Positions 1 through 9,245 are shown, counted from the stretch's first letter. The stretch: 64,000 bases of DNA from Candidatus Wirthbacteria bacterium (GCA_903889905.1 CAISZI010000010.1:1464-65463); one strand, 5' to 3'. Numbers and translations: made by a program. The notes: generated from the sequence alone by a model not told the origin.

Positions 1-2149
1 TTCCGACGATATTTGTCGTTGTGGAGGCAGCTATACTAGCCCCCTGCATGCCGAGCAGCGTGTCCCTGATGATCAGTGCCAGCACCTTAAAAATATCAAA
101 ACAAAAGGCGCAGATAATATAGCTGGCATTGGCCAGGAAAATTTTGATGGGGAGTTCGCTCACCAGCATTTTGAGCGCATAGTTGCTGGGATTGAGCCTC
201 ATGATGATCATAAAACCGATGAAGACAATCGCCAGGACAACGGCAGCATTGGCGATATTCACGGCCATAGCCCAAATACTATAAACTTCATTGGGAGATC
301 CGAAATGGATCGCCCCCCCCTCTCCCATCTCGCGTTGTTGCAAGATCGGTTTCCCGTCACTACTGTATTGCCCGGTGGGCATAGAAATATTGACATCCAG
401 CAGGGGCAGTGCCCAGGTCTGGATGGCGCTGGCCACGCTGCAGGTGATTTGATAGACAGGGGTTAACACCAGTCCAATCAGTCCGATCGAATCCGTGGAC
501 ACAGCGTTAGCGTCGCAAATGCCGAAATCTTTATTTGTGGTGCCTGGTGTCGTGGTCGTCAGATTGGAAGAGGCGGTGCAGGCGGCATCCTTGGCAAGTG
601 CAGCAGCAATTACGTCTGGCGGGGCCGGAGGGAGTGGGATGACCACAACCGGACAGAGATAGACGCCAATCGGCGCCGGATCCTTGGTCATATCAAATGA
701 GGTGGATTTGAGCGAGGGGTCGTCTTTGTAGCCGGAGGGAGGAGGAATTTGAATGGTATAAAAAGTGGGCCAGAGTTTATCAATACCAAGGGCCGGAGCG
801 GGAAATTGGGCGATGCTATAAAGCTGAGTGCTGTTGGTGGGACTGTTAAGCAGCTGCGCGCCAGGATTCAAGGTGGCAACGGAAGTTTTTTCAGCCGGAT
901 CCACAAAGTCCATGGTTATGGTATAAGGCCCCGTAAAGGCGCCAATCGGCTGTTTGGTGTTGGCGTCATAGAGTGTTACCGAGAGTTTTGTGAATTCATC
1001 CGTTGACCCCAACACTTTTACTGTATCTGTGCGTGATACAGTAAAAGGATTTGGCAAGAGCCAGCGGCCCAAAGGCGCATTTTCAGTGACTGTGTCTACG
1101 CGGAGAACAGGGGGCGCAAACACGCCGTTATAATTAACCTGGACCTCATAAGGGATATCCGTTTGTATGGTGAAGGATCCTGCGCAAGGTTGTGGTTGGT
1201 TGTTTTTGCTAGCCTGAGGATCAAAAGGTATGGTAATGCCTTGAACGATGCTCGGCAAGCCAAATCCATATGGAATGGAGACTTTGTGCTGGTAAAAAAT
1301 CTTGTCAAAAACCAGTGGGGCACTGGCTTGTCCATTGAGTGAGGGAAAGTAAGTGCAGGTCGAAGGCGCCGTGACGGATAATTTGGTCCCGGTAAAGTCG
1401 TATTCCGGTATTCCCGGTAGGAACAAGTGCCTTCTAAACCAGACCAAAGTCAGTGCGCCATTGGTGCCGGGGATATCAAACGATTCTTGCGGAGCAAAAT
1501 TCAGACTAAAGGCTCCATTGGCACTCTTGAGCACAATGGCTTTGGTCGAAACTTCATTGTTAAAAGACGCGGTGATCTGATCCGTAATATTGGCAGAAAG
1601 AGTCAGTGGGGCTTGTATGTCGACCCAACAATAGCCGTTAAGGGCATGGCACGTGGTTGTAGTGATGGGTGAACCGTTGGGCCCTCCCCCTGCCGGATCG
1701 TTAACGGGCCCCGTGAGAGTGGATCCGAGGAAGCTTCCCCAGGTTAGTTTGTAGGTAATATAGGAACTGCTTGCTATGGATTTGTCAATATTTTTATTAA
1801 GCATGACATTGTGAATTGGTTGTGTGTAGGCGAATCCACTGTACCCCCATTGGTCTACACCGGGAGGTTGCCCAAGAGTAATGAATTGAGGTGCTTCAGA
1901 CACTCCATCGTTGACAATATCAATTTCCAATGTGGCTGGCGACTTGTCGGAAAACCAGAAAGACGATCCACCATAAGTAAATTTAGGGCTGATAAAAAAA
2001 GTTTCATCCTTTCCTGCTGCGAAAGCTTTTCCACTTGGTCCAGTGGGCAGCACAAGCAAACTTCCCAAAAGCAAAACAGCACCCAGTCCGATATTTATGA
2101 GCAATCGTTTGAGTGTGATTTGAATAGGTTTTTGTTTGGTTTTGGTCAT
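1..2149 (-). CDS. Large secreted/membrane protein, 5' end in window (ATG at 2149..2147), continues past the window start (partial). N-terminal signal/anchor MTKTKQKPIQITLKRLLINIGLGAVLLLGSLLVLPTG, ~600-aa extracytoplasmic region, C-terminal multi-TM segment. Possibly T4SS-associated (VirB6/TrbL-like role) given the adjacent pilin.
   Basis: Manual translation of the minus strand from 2149 downward gives an uninterrupted reading frame to position 1. It is absent from the ORF track because no stop lies in the window. There is an AGGA-like RBS ~8 nt upstream and no competing long ORF in 1-2160. Confidence 0.45.
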   Translation of the reverse strand, partial: MTKTKQKPIQITLKRLLINIGLGAVLLLGSLLVLPTGPSGKAFAAGKDETFFISPKFTYGGSSFWFSDKSPATLEIDIVNDGVSEAPQFITLGQPPGVDQWGYSGFAYTQPIHNVMLNKNIDKSIASSSYITYKLTWGSFLGSTLTGPVNDPAGGGPNGSPITTTTCHALNGYCWVDIQAPLTLSANITDQITASFNNEVSTKAIVLKSANGAFSLNFAPQESFDIPGTNGALTLVWFRRHLFLPGIPEYDFTGTKLSVTAPSTCTYFPSLNGQASAPLVFDKIFYQHKVSIPYGFGLPSIVQGITIPFDPQASKNNQPQPCAGSFTIQTDIPYEVQVNYNGVFAPPVLRVDTVTENAPLGRWLLPNPFTVSRTDTVKVLGSTDEFTKLSVTLYDANTKQPIGAFTGPYTITMDFVDPAEKTSVATLNPGAQLLNSPTNSTQLYSIAQFPAPALGIDKLWPTFYTIQIPPPSGYKDDPSLKSTSFDMTKDPAPIGVYLCPVVVIPLPPAPPDVIAAALAKDAACTASSNLTTTTPGTTNKDFGICDANAVSTDSIGLIGLVLTPVYQITCSVASAIQTWALPLLDVNISMPTGQYSSDGKPILQQREMGEGGAIHFGSPNEVYSIWAMAVNIANAAVVLAIVFIGFMIIMRLNPSNYALKMLVSELPIKIFLANASYIICAFCFDIFKVLALIIRDTLLGMQGASIAASTTTNIVG

Positions 2150-2163
2150 GGCCAATCGTCCTG

Positions 2164-2541
2164 TTAAAGTTTGGGAGTGGTGAGGGCGCTGCCTCCCAGT
2201 ACGTCAGCAATCAGATAAGCGACAAAGACAACCACCAGGCCCGTTACGGCAGATTGAATGATGTCCTTGGCTTCCTGGGAATCTTTGGCGTTGCCGGCAG
2301 CGGTGATATAACGAAACGCTCCGATGATAATCATCACGATGGCGGTGCCGCCTGCCAGCATATAGGCAATAGTAAGTATTTGGTTGATCAGAGCGCCCAT
2401 CGGCTGGTCCCCCGCGTTGCCACCCTTGATGCGGATCCCAAATACGGTAACCACTTCCCACGCCCGTGCTACCTGCACCTGGCACAGCCAGAAGGTAAAC
2501 AAAGCAACAGCGAGGTGAAATTTGTGCAACAACTTGGACAT
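2164..2541 (-). CDS. TrbC/VirB2-family (type IV secretion) pilin-like small membrane protein
   Basis: 125 aa with a signal-like N-terminus. The central hydrophobic helix (QILTIAYMLAGGTAIVMIIIGAFRYITAAGN), short basic loop and second hydrophobic helix (IIQSAVTGLVVVFVAYLIADVL) match VirB2/TrbC architecture. It lies immediately upstream of the large membrane protein. Confidence 0.4.
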   Translation of the reverse strand: MSKLLHKFHLAVALFTFWLCQVQVARAWEVVTVFGIRIKGGNAGDQPMGALINQILTIAYMLAGGTAIVMIIIGAFRYITAAGNAKDSQEAKDIIQSAVTGLVVVFVAYLIADVLGGSALTTPKL

Positions 2542-2670
2542 TGGTGGCGATCTGACCTTATTAAAGATATTCCCATTATTATAGCATCCTGACGTCCAAA
2601 GTGCAATCTGCGTAGGGAGGATGACAAATGGGGCTGACAGCTCTATTTTACCCCCTGCAGCGGGGTTTGA

Positions 2671-4239
2671 CTATGGCGCGGCCTTGAGTTCGTTGGTCAG
2701 AGCCGCAGCGGCCGTGGTGAGCGCTGTGTTGCCGTCGGTTTTGCCAAAAGCCACGTTGTTGATCATGGTATTGATGATGATGTTCGCCTGTTCCCAGCCG
2801 CCTTTGTAATAGGACTTGGAATAAGGCAGGCCCAGGGAAAACTGCTGCATGGTGGCATCCAGTCCGGGTTGTGCCTGCGCCGCGATCACGGCGGCGACAT
2901 CGGGTCGGGCGGGCGGAACTTTGTAGGTGGTGCTGTAGGTAGTCATGACGCTGCGGGAAGCCACGTATTTGATAAAATCCCAGGCAATGCCCGGAAACTG
3001 TGAGTTGCGGTTGACGACATGGGCCCAGTAGTACGATGGTGTGGCCCAGGTTTTGGTGTCATCGGAAAGTTGCGGGAATGGCACGACTTCGAAGTGGAGC
3101 GAGCCGGGAATCGAGCTCACCTGATACGACCGGCCAAAGGCCATCGAGACCTTGCCCGCGGCAAAGGCGGCCATGGAGGAGGGCGGCTTGCCACCCATGC
3201 TGGCCCAGATCGGATCGTTATTGTCGGCCCACATTGGGGCATACTGGGCGTATTTGGTGAGCACGTCGTAGGCGACCAGGGTTTTCTTGGGGTCAGTGAG
3301 GTCACTGGTTTGTTTGTCCGGGTTCACGACATTGATGCCGTTTTGCAAAAACATGGTGGTCAGGATGTCCTGGGCATTGTCTACGGTGGTGGCATCCCCA
3401 TAGGAACCATAGCCCATGGCTGCGCCGTAGTGGATGACCGTGGCGGGATCCACGGTGTTGACGCCGGTGGTGCTGACTTTGTGCCAGCCCTCGGAAGTGT
3501 AGACCAGGTGCTGGGCGTCACGGGCAAATTCGTTCCAGGTCATGGGTTTGTCGAGCGCGGGCGGCGTGAGCCGGTCGGTGGGGTTGGCGCTGTTGTAGTC
3601 CTGGAAATGGTTCAGGTTGACGAACAAGGACATGCCTTCAGAAGCCCAGGGAATACCCCAGAGCGCGGGGCCGAGGACTTTAGAGATGCCCTGGGCATTT
3701 TTGCCACTCACTTCTGTCGTCCATTCGGTGCGCAGCGCGGGGAAAAAGCGGGCGAGGTATTCATCCATTTCTTTGGACGTGTGCGATGTGTCAGAAACGG
3801 GGTCGAAGCCACCCGTCAGGTTGTCTTTGTTGGCAGTGATGTAATTGACTGGCATGTAGTTAATGCGCTGTTTCCAGTTTCCCAGCCAGTCGTTAAGCAG
3901 AATAAACACGTCCGGCTGCCCGGCGCCGCCATATTTGTCATTCAGCGCGGTCAAGTAGGTGGCACGATCCGGGAAACCGGTGGGTGTGATCGTGACATTG
4001 GGGTGTTGCCGTTGATAGTCAGACGCCAGCGAATCCATCAGCGCATGGTCCTCAAACAGGTACCAGACGTTGATGTTGACGCTGCGACCGGCGGGAATGG
4101 TGCTGTAGGGGTACGGCGCCGTCGTGGTGGCGGTTTTGTCGCAGGATTTGAGCGAACAGCCAGAGAGAAAGGTTGGCTCGATTCCCAACAGTGACAACAT
4201 GATCACGGCCATCAGAATTTTTTTGAAAAGTGGACGCAC
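2671..4239 (-). CDS. Extracellular solute-binding lipoprotein (ABC transporter family-1 SBP, sugar-type), orphan
   Basis: N-terminal lipoprotein signal with lipobox (LLGIEPTFLSGC), 522 aa, SBP_bac_1-like composition. No permease or ATPase genes adjacent. Confidence 0.55.
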   Translation of the reverse strand: MRPLFKKILMAVIMLSLLGIEPTFLSGCSLKSCDKTATTTAPYPYSTIPAGRSVNINVWYLFEDHALMDSLASDYQRQHPNVTITPTGFPDRATYLTALNDKYGGAGQPDVFILLNDWLGNWKQRINYMPVNYITANKDNLTGGFDPVSDTSHTSKEMDEYLARFFPALRTEWTTEVSGKNAQGISKVLGPALWGIPWASEGMSLFVNLNHFQDYNSANPTDRLTPPALDKPMTWNEFARDAQHLVYTSEGWHKVSTTGVNTVDPATVIHYGAAMGYGSYGDATTVDNAQDILTTMFLQNGINVVNPDKQTSDLTDPKKTLVAYDVLTKYAQYAPMWADNNDPIWASMGGKPPSSMAAFAAGKVSMAFGRSYQVSSIPGSLHFEVVPFPQLSDDTKTWATPSYYWAHVVNRNSQFPGIAWDFIKYVASRSVMTTYSTTYKVPPARPDVAAVIAAQAQPGLDATMQQFSLGLPYSKSYYKGGWEQANIIINTMINNVAFGKTDGNTALTTAAAALTNELKAAP

Positions 4240-4290
4240 AGGTGTGTCCCGATTTAGTAAAAAGCTAAATCCCTATCGTTGGCGCAGGCG

Positions 4291-5355
4291 TTAACTGTTA
4301 TTCATGGTGAAGTTGATCAGGCTGTGATTCCCGAGGACCACGTTTTTGAGCTGGTTGTGTGGATAAACCTTGCAATGTTCGGCCAGGATCGATTGCCATA
4401 CGAGCGCGCCTTCGCCGATATCACAATGTTCCCAGAACAATGAGCGCTCTACTTCTGCCCCGTTTTCAATGGTGGAATGCGCGCCAATCACCACATCCGG
4501 CCCGACGATCGCCCCTTCGCCGATATGGGTATGCGCCCCGATGATCACGGGCCCAATGATTTTGGCGGTGGGATGAATGTAAACGCCCTCCCCTACCCAA
4601 ACGCGAGCCGAAAGCGCTTCAAACCCATCGAGATTGGCTTTGAACCGCCCATAGAGCGGGTCAAAGTTCGAGAGCAGGTAATTCCCGGGATTGCCGACGT
4701 CGTTCCAGTAGCCAGTGTGGCGATAGGCAAACAGCGGCACCTTTTTGTCCAGCAGCACGGGAAATACCTGTTTGCCAAAATGGCAGGATTCCGGCGTTTG
4801 GGGCAGGTAGTCAAAAATATTGGGTTCAAACATGTAGATACAGGTGGCCACCTGGTCGCTGAGGGCGTCTTCTTGTTTGGGTTTTTCCTGAAAGAGGGAA
4901 ATTTGTGCGTCGCCGTCTGTGGCCACAATGCCATAGCGCGACACGTCATCGGCCTGGGTGGTGGCAATGGTTACCACGCCTTGTTTGGCCTGGTGGAAGT
5001 CCATCATGGCTTTGAGGTCAATATCGGTCAGGTTGTCACTGGCAAAAGCCAGGAAAGGTTCGTTGTTGAAATATTTTTTGACGTTGACCAGGGCGCCGGC
5101 GTTCTCCAGCAGCTGCGTTTCATGGGAGTAATGGATATCCATCCCCCATTTGGAGCCGTCGCCAAAGTAGCTGGTGATGGTGTCCGGAAAGTAATGGGTA
5201 TTAATCATGACTTCTTCAATGCCTGCATCCCGGCAGCGCAGCAGCGCGTGTTCCAGCATCGGCTTGTCGGCAACCGGCACCATGGCTTTGGGGCGAGACT
5301 CGGTAAGTGGACGCAGTCTGGTTCCCAATCCCGCTGCCCAGATCATAGCTTTCAT
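4291..5355 (-). CDS. NDP-sugar pyrophosphorylase (nucleotidyltransferase domain + C-terminal left-handed beta-helix hexapeptide domain), mannose-1-phosphate guanylyltransferase / glucose-1-phosphate thymidylyltransferase-like
   Basis: N-terminal MKAMIWAAGLGTRLRPLT (GxGTRL nucleotide-binding motif). C-terminal hexapeptide repeats (IGEGAIVGPDVVIGAHSTIENGAEV). Confidence 0.7.
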   Translation of the reverse strand: MKAMIWAAGLGTRLRPLTESRPKAMVPVADKPMLEHALLRCRDAGIEEVMINTHYFPDTITSYFGDGSKWGMDIHYSHETQLLENAGALVNVKKYFNNEPFLAFASDNLTDIDLKAMMDFHQAKQGVVTIATTQADDVSRYGIVATDGDAQISLFQEKPKQEDALSDQVATCIYMFEPNIFDYLPQTPESCHFGKQVFPVLLDKKVPLFAYRHTGYWNDVGNPGNYLLSNFDPLYGRFKANLDGFEALSARVWVGEGVYIHPTAKIIGPVIIGAHTHIGEGAIVGPDVVIGAHSTIENGAEVERSLFWEHCDIGEGALVWQSILAEHCKVYPHNQLKNVVLGNHSLINFTMNNS

Positions 5356-5563
5356 GGCGCTTCCTTCTTTATTTTAGGACAAATAACGTTACCCAGTATA
5401 AATTTTTTAGCCAGACGGGTCAAACGACGAAGACAGCGAAGAAGCCAACGAAGAAGCCAGCAAGGAGTAATTGAGCTATGAGCAAGGAGTCGTGGGGAAA
5501 AACACGTAGGGGCGGTTCATGAACCACCCTCCCCGCGATGGCGAAGCAACGCCAATAGATTTC

Positions 5564-5596
5564 AAAAAAGCCTCACTTAAACAGTGAGGCTTTTTT
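5564..5596. terminator. Rho-independent terminator downstream of hsp20 (symmetrical, A-run/T-run on both sides)
   Basis: aaaaaaGCCTCACTtaaacAGTGAGGCtttttt: 8-bp perfect stem, 5-nt loop, flanked by A6 and T6. Confidence 0.6.
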
Positions 5597-5620
5597 ACGG
5601 TTGTGGAAACAAAGGCAGAA

Positions 5621-6205
5621 TTACAGGGCGCGGACTTCCAGCTTTTTGGTGCGGGCGTTGGCGGCTTTGGGGATGGTAATGGTGAGGATACCGTTGCTGA
5701 ACGTGGCGTTAGCCTGGTCGGTGACCACCGCCACAGGCAGGATAATGGAACGGGAGAACACGCCGTAGTAGCATTCCTGACAGTAATAATCTTCGGCGGC
5801 AATGTTGTCGTCCATTTTGCGGTGGCCCTTGACCGTGACCACGTCGTCGGTGATGGCAATGTCGATCGCGTTGGGGCTGACGCCGGCAATGGGGGCCTTG
5901 ATGATGATGTCACCCAGTGTCTGATAAACGTCAACCGCGAGCTGGCCTTCGAAATTGTTTTCGTTGAACCAGGTGCCTTCTTCGTGCTGCGGGTGTTGGG
6001 GCTGCGGCATGGCGGAACTGTGGTCGACCATGGGGACAGACTGGACAGTCTGTACGGGAGGGCTTTGAAAAGTTTGAATTTGGGCAGGGTCATTGATGGG
6101 CATATTGTCGTTAACCACGTCCGGTGCGGTCGATGTGGTTGATTTGCCGAATGGCGTCCAGACCATGAGTGGTGTCTCCTTTATTTTTGGCTTTGCCAGT
6201 AACAC
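5621..6205 (-). CDS. Hsp20/alpha-crystallin family small heat-shock protein (with Pro/Gln-rich N-terminal extension)
   Basis: C-terminal alpha-crystallin domain (AVDVYQT...DDVVTVKGHRK...YYGVFSRSIILP...GILTITIPKA). Confidence 0.75.
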   Translation of the reverse strand: MLLAKPKIKETPLMVWTPFGKSTTSTAPDVVNDNMPINDPAQIQTFQSPPVQTVQSVPMVDHSSAMPQPQHPQHEEGTWFNENNFEGQLAVDVYQTLGDIIIKAPIAGVSPNAIDIAITDDVVTVKGHRKMDDNIAAEDYYCQECYYGVFSRSIILPVAVVTDQANATFSNGILTITIPKAANARTKKLEVRAL

Positions 6206-6548
6206 AAAACGCTAAACCGCCTTATCGAGGTTGAGTATATCCAAAAAAACGTCGAGTGACAATAGTCTTGTCTTGATTGCGTTTGGGTGAAATGGCATGG
6301 TGGAAAACCTGTGCAAAACTAGTCTGTGTTTAGTGGGGGAAGCCTTGCGTTAATTGCCTGCTGGGGCAACGACTGCTTCAATTTTTCCTGGCTGGAGCAA
6401 GTTGATGAAATCGTTTCAGGGCGGCGGAGCAGTCCGCGAGAGCGCTGGGCGCGAAGTTGAGGCGTTGTATTTGTTGTCTGTTTTTAGGTGAATTCAATGC
6501 GACAATTCATTTATGGCTTGTTCCCTCTGTGCCGCGCGTTGTGGATAA

Positions 6549-7889
6549 CTAGGATTGATTTTGGATGGCTTTGGTTACTTCTGTGGCTTCATTCCAGGGT
6601 GTTTCGATACCGTCAACATTCAAAGTCGGTTCGTGTCCCTTGCCCGTAAAATCGAGGATGTCGCCGGGTTGGGCAATCTGGATGGCGTACTTGATCGCTG
6701 CGCGGCGATCGGCAATGCAGATAAAACCGCTGCTTCCTGGGCCTGGGCCCTTGTCCCCGTTGCTGATTTGAACGGAGCCTGCTTCGCTCGCGTATCTGGC
6801 AATGTCTTGCAGGATGGATGTGATCGGTTCCTTCCGGTTGTCTTCGTTAGTGATGATGGCGATGTCGGCCAGTTTTGCGGCAATCTCCCCCATCCGGTGC
6901 CTGCCCTTGTCGCGCGCTCCGGCACAGCCAAATAGCACAATCAGGCGCTTGGGATGTAAGGCCCGCAACGCCTTGAGCGCGTGCTCCAAGGCTGCCGGCG
7001 TATGCGCAAAGTCAACAATGGCAGTGTAGGGCTGCCCCGCATCGATCTTTTGCATGCGCCCGGGGATTTGCGGCAAGTTGGTAAAGGCTTTCGCCATTGC
7101 TTCGCCTTTGAGCCCAAAAGCCAGGCCGACGGACGCTGCTGCCTGAGCGTTCTCCAGATTGTAGTCGCCGAGCAGAGGCAAAAAACCGTTAAATTGGGAA
7201 GAATCAATACTAAGCTTAAAACTCATTCCATTGATGTCTTGTTTTTCGAGTTTTGCAGTGAGTAAAGTTGTTTGGGAAGAATTTTGGCAAAAATCGCTAT
7301 TGTAGATGATTTTCGATGTGCAAGGTTGTTGGGAGAGCAAAGAAAATGAGGCGTCGGCGGCATTCAGGATGGCCGTTTTGGCTAGTCCTTTGTTTCTACC
7401 CTTGTGGAGAGATTGAAAGAGTTTAGCCTTGGCCCGTAAGTAGTTTTGGGCGGTGCCGTGGTAATCCAGATGGTCTTCTTTGACGTTGGTGATCACGGCG
7501 ACGTCAAAATCTATTCCCCAAACGCGATGCTGCTGCAGGCCATGCGAAGTCACTTCCAAGATGACCGTGTCAAACCCCTTGGCCAGGATTTTGCGCAATA
7601 ACGGTTGCAAATCGCGCGGACTTTGGGTGGTAACATGGGCGCCGGTTTCGACAACCTCCTCCCCTACTATTGCTTGCACCGTATTGATCAGCGCCACCTT
7701 GGCACCAGCGGTTTTGAGCAAGTGATAGGCCATGTAAGTCGTGCTGGTCTTGCCGTCCGTGCCTGTCACCCCAACGACTTTGAGCTTTTTGCCGGGGAAA
7801 TCGTAGCGCCAAGCCCACCACATAGCGTCAAACAGATGGTAAAGATTTTTGAGCCGGGATTTTAGCGATTGCTGGTTTTGATGGGTCAT
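6549..7889 (-). CDS. murE: UDP-N-acetylmuramoyl-L-alanyl-D-glutamate--2,6-diaminopimelate (or L-lysine) ligase MurE
   Basis: Mur ligase motifs VVGVTGTDGKTSTT, EVTSHGL, DHLDYHGT. The ORF-track start at 7925 is a GTG inside a palindrome; the ATG at 7889 (MTHQNQQ...) is the more likely start. Confidence 0.7.
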   Translation of the reverse strand: MTHQNQQSLKSRLKNLYHLFDAMWWAWRYDFPGKKLKVVGVTGTDGKTSTTYMAYHLLKTAGAKVALINTVQAIVGEEVVETGAHVTTQSPRDLQPLLRKILAKGFDTVILEVTSHGLQQHRVWGIDFDVAVITNVKEDHLDYHGTAQNYLRAKAKLFQSLHKGRNKGLAKTAILNAADASFSLLSQQPCTSKIIYNSDFCQNSSQTTLLTAKLEKQDINGMSFKLSIDSSQFNGFLPLLGDYNLENAQAAASVGLAFGLKGEAMAKAFTNLPQIPGRMQKIDAGQPYTAIVDFAHTPAALEHALKALRALHPKRLIVLFGCAGARDKGRHRMGEIAAKLADIAIITNEDNRKEPITSILQDIARYASEAGSVQISNGDKGPGPGSSGFICIADRRAAIKYAIQIAQPGDILDFTGKGHEPTLNVDGIETPWNEATEVTKAIQNQS

Positions 7890-7915
7890 GTGTGGTTGGC
7901 TGTAATGAAAGAAAA

Positions 7916-7987
7916 CACTTTTCACGTGAAAAGTGAGAACGGGATAGTTTTTTATTTCCTTTGTTTACGCTTTTCACGTGAAAAGTG
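7916..7987. promoter_or_regulatory. Two copies of an 18-20 bp perfect palindrome CACTTTTCACGTGAAAAGTG (centres 52 bp apart) in the murE upstream region; candidate tandem operator for a dimeric regulator
   Basis: Copy 1 is 7916-7935, a perfect 20-bp palindrome. Copy 2 is 7968-7987 (18/20). Both are centred on CACGTG and lie 27-100 bp upstream of the murE ATG. Confidence 0.5.
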
Positions 7988-8058
7988 TCTATCCTTGATT
8001 TAATGAGATTGTGTGCCGCTATCCCCCATTGTTGCATTTACTCGTTGCAAAATCATCC

Positions 8059-9075
8059 TTATAAACTATGATTCTGCTTTGATTTTGCTTTGTTGTTGAG
8101 GGGCTCGTGCAATCTCCCCAGGCTACGATAGATGAAGTGCGCTCCCCGGGAAAGGTAATAGCTGCGGCGACGGAAAAGGAATTGCCGCGCGCTTGCAGTC
8201 TTGACTGGATAAGCCATAAGCCCTGGGATCGGATCTCCAACAAGATAAGTCAAGGCACCCCGATCTTGGGCCATGGCCAAGCCTTGTTCGTGGACAAGGA
8301 GTAGGTTTGCAGGAGATTGGTTCCCCCGGGTGGACATGACAAAACACGAAGTGTCGCAAAATAATAACAAGGCGGCTGTGATGGTGGTTTTTTCCTGCCA
8401 GAGATGGATGATCTCGATCTGATTGGTCGGGGCAAAGCAGTCCAACAAGGTTTTGTAACTGTCAAAAGACTTGAGGCCGGGGACAGAAGTGGTGGGTGGA
8501 AGGTTGTAAAAGCTTTGTAAGGCATTTGGTGTAGCGTTATGCGTTAAGTGACACTGTTCCTTGGGCAGTTGAAGAGCAGCCCGGGCACGAGCAGTAAAAG
8601 CTTCTTGCAGGGTAGCTGCCGCACGGGGAACTGCCATCGCAAAGGAGGGGACGGCCGCCAACGGCTGGCTATTGGAGGTGCGCAGGGGTTTCCAGAAGAG
8701 CGGGGACTGCGGGAGCAGTGAGCTGGGTTCGATCAGCAAGCGCATGACTTTTGGGGCCTGTAGCAGGCGCCGCAGGTTTTGTAATAAAACATTGGCGTGG
8801 GGGAGACCAATGGGGGATAATACCGGTCCGTTGCTAAGCAGTGCAGTTTTGTGTCCCCAAAAAGTGGACATTTCGATAATTTGTGCCAGCCCTTCGATCT
8901 GTCCATCCACGGTCAGGGCAAAGCGCCAGAGGCGTCGGCCCAGGAGTTGCTGATAGTCACCCCAGCGCCAGGATTGCCACAAGTTGCCGGGGGAATAGGC
9001 AAAAACAAAATCGTCCCATTCGTTTGCGGCGTGGCCCTGGAATTTGAGGATCTGAATGTGCGGGGAGTCTTGCAT
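8059..9075 (-). CDS. FemAB-family-like (peptidoglycan interpeptide bridge formation / GNAT-fold aminoacyltransferase) protein, tentative
   Basis: ~340 aa, immediately upstream of and co-directional with murE. Its size and composition are consistent with FemAB/lipid II aminoacyltransferases, but I could not verify a diagnostic motif. The true start is uncertain (TTG at 9135 or ATG at 9075). Confidence 0.3.
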   Translation of the reverse strand: MQDSPHIQILKFQGHAANEWDDFVFAYSPGNLWQSWRWGDYQQLLGRRLWRFALTVDGQIEGLAQIIEMSTFWGHKTALLSNGPVLSPIGLPHANVLLQNLRRLLQAPKVMRLLIEPSSLLPQSPLFWKPLRTSNSQPLAAVPSFAMAVPRAAATLQEAFTARARAALQLPKEQCHLTHNATPNALQSFYNLPPTTSVPGLKSFDSYKTLLDCFAPTNQIEIIHLWQEKTTITAALLLFCDTSCFVMSTRGNQSPANLLLVHEQGLAMAQDRGALTYLVGDPIPGLMAYPVKTASARQFLFRRRSYYLSRGAHFIYRSLGRLHEPLNNKAKSKQNHSL

Positions 9076-9207
9076 GGGTGAAATGGCGTTAGAGGTAGGC
9101 GAAACTACTCTAGCAGTGATACAATGTAAACGCAAACGAACTCATCCCCAGCCCTTCCCCCTAAAGGGACTAAGGCCTTTGGCAAAGGGAAGGGGGCAAG
9201 AAAATAG

Positions 9208-9245
9208 GTCATTCCGAGCTTGCGAGGAATCCTTACTACAGACGA
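9208..9245. repeat. Conserved intergenic motif family B, copy 1
   Basis: GTCATTCCGAGC...GAATCCTTACTACAGAC. An inverted partner CTCAGAATGAC lies ~80 nt downstream. Located upstream of tsaD. Confidence 0.5.

Noticed and set aside
749-2082. Small ORFs listed in the track within 1-2160 (749-1006 +, 1096-1335 -, 1353-1580 +, 1427-1672 +, 1811-2167 +, 1855-2082 -)
   Set aside because: All are out of frame with, or antisense to, the long uninterrupted minus-strand reading frame that starts at 2149 and runs off the window. They are best explained as shadows of that gene.
3019-4194. Long antisense ORFs inside annotated genes (e.g. 3019-4194 +, 4477-5481 +, 19334-20287 -, 20734-21495 -, 26566-27162 +, 37105-37941 -, 44448-45290 +, 55919-56947 -)
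   Set aside because: They are Gly/Arg/His-rich shadow ORFs on the strand opposite to genes with clear conserved motifs in GC-rich DNA. None has an RBS or recognisable motif.
6206-6548. CIRCE/HAIR heat-shock operator or small RNA in the 343-bp region upstream of hsp20
   Set aside because: No CIRCE-like inverted repeat (TTAGCACTC-N9-GAGTGCTAA) or other convincing palindrome was found. An ncRNA cannot be supported from sequence alone.
7890-7925. GTG start at 7925 for murE (and GTG at 46448 for rpsP)
   Set aside because: The GTG at 7925 lies inside the palindromic operator. The downstream ATG (7889) gives a typical MurE N-terminus. For rpsP the ATG at 46454 yields the canonical MAVAIRLAR start.
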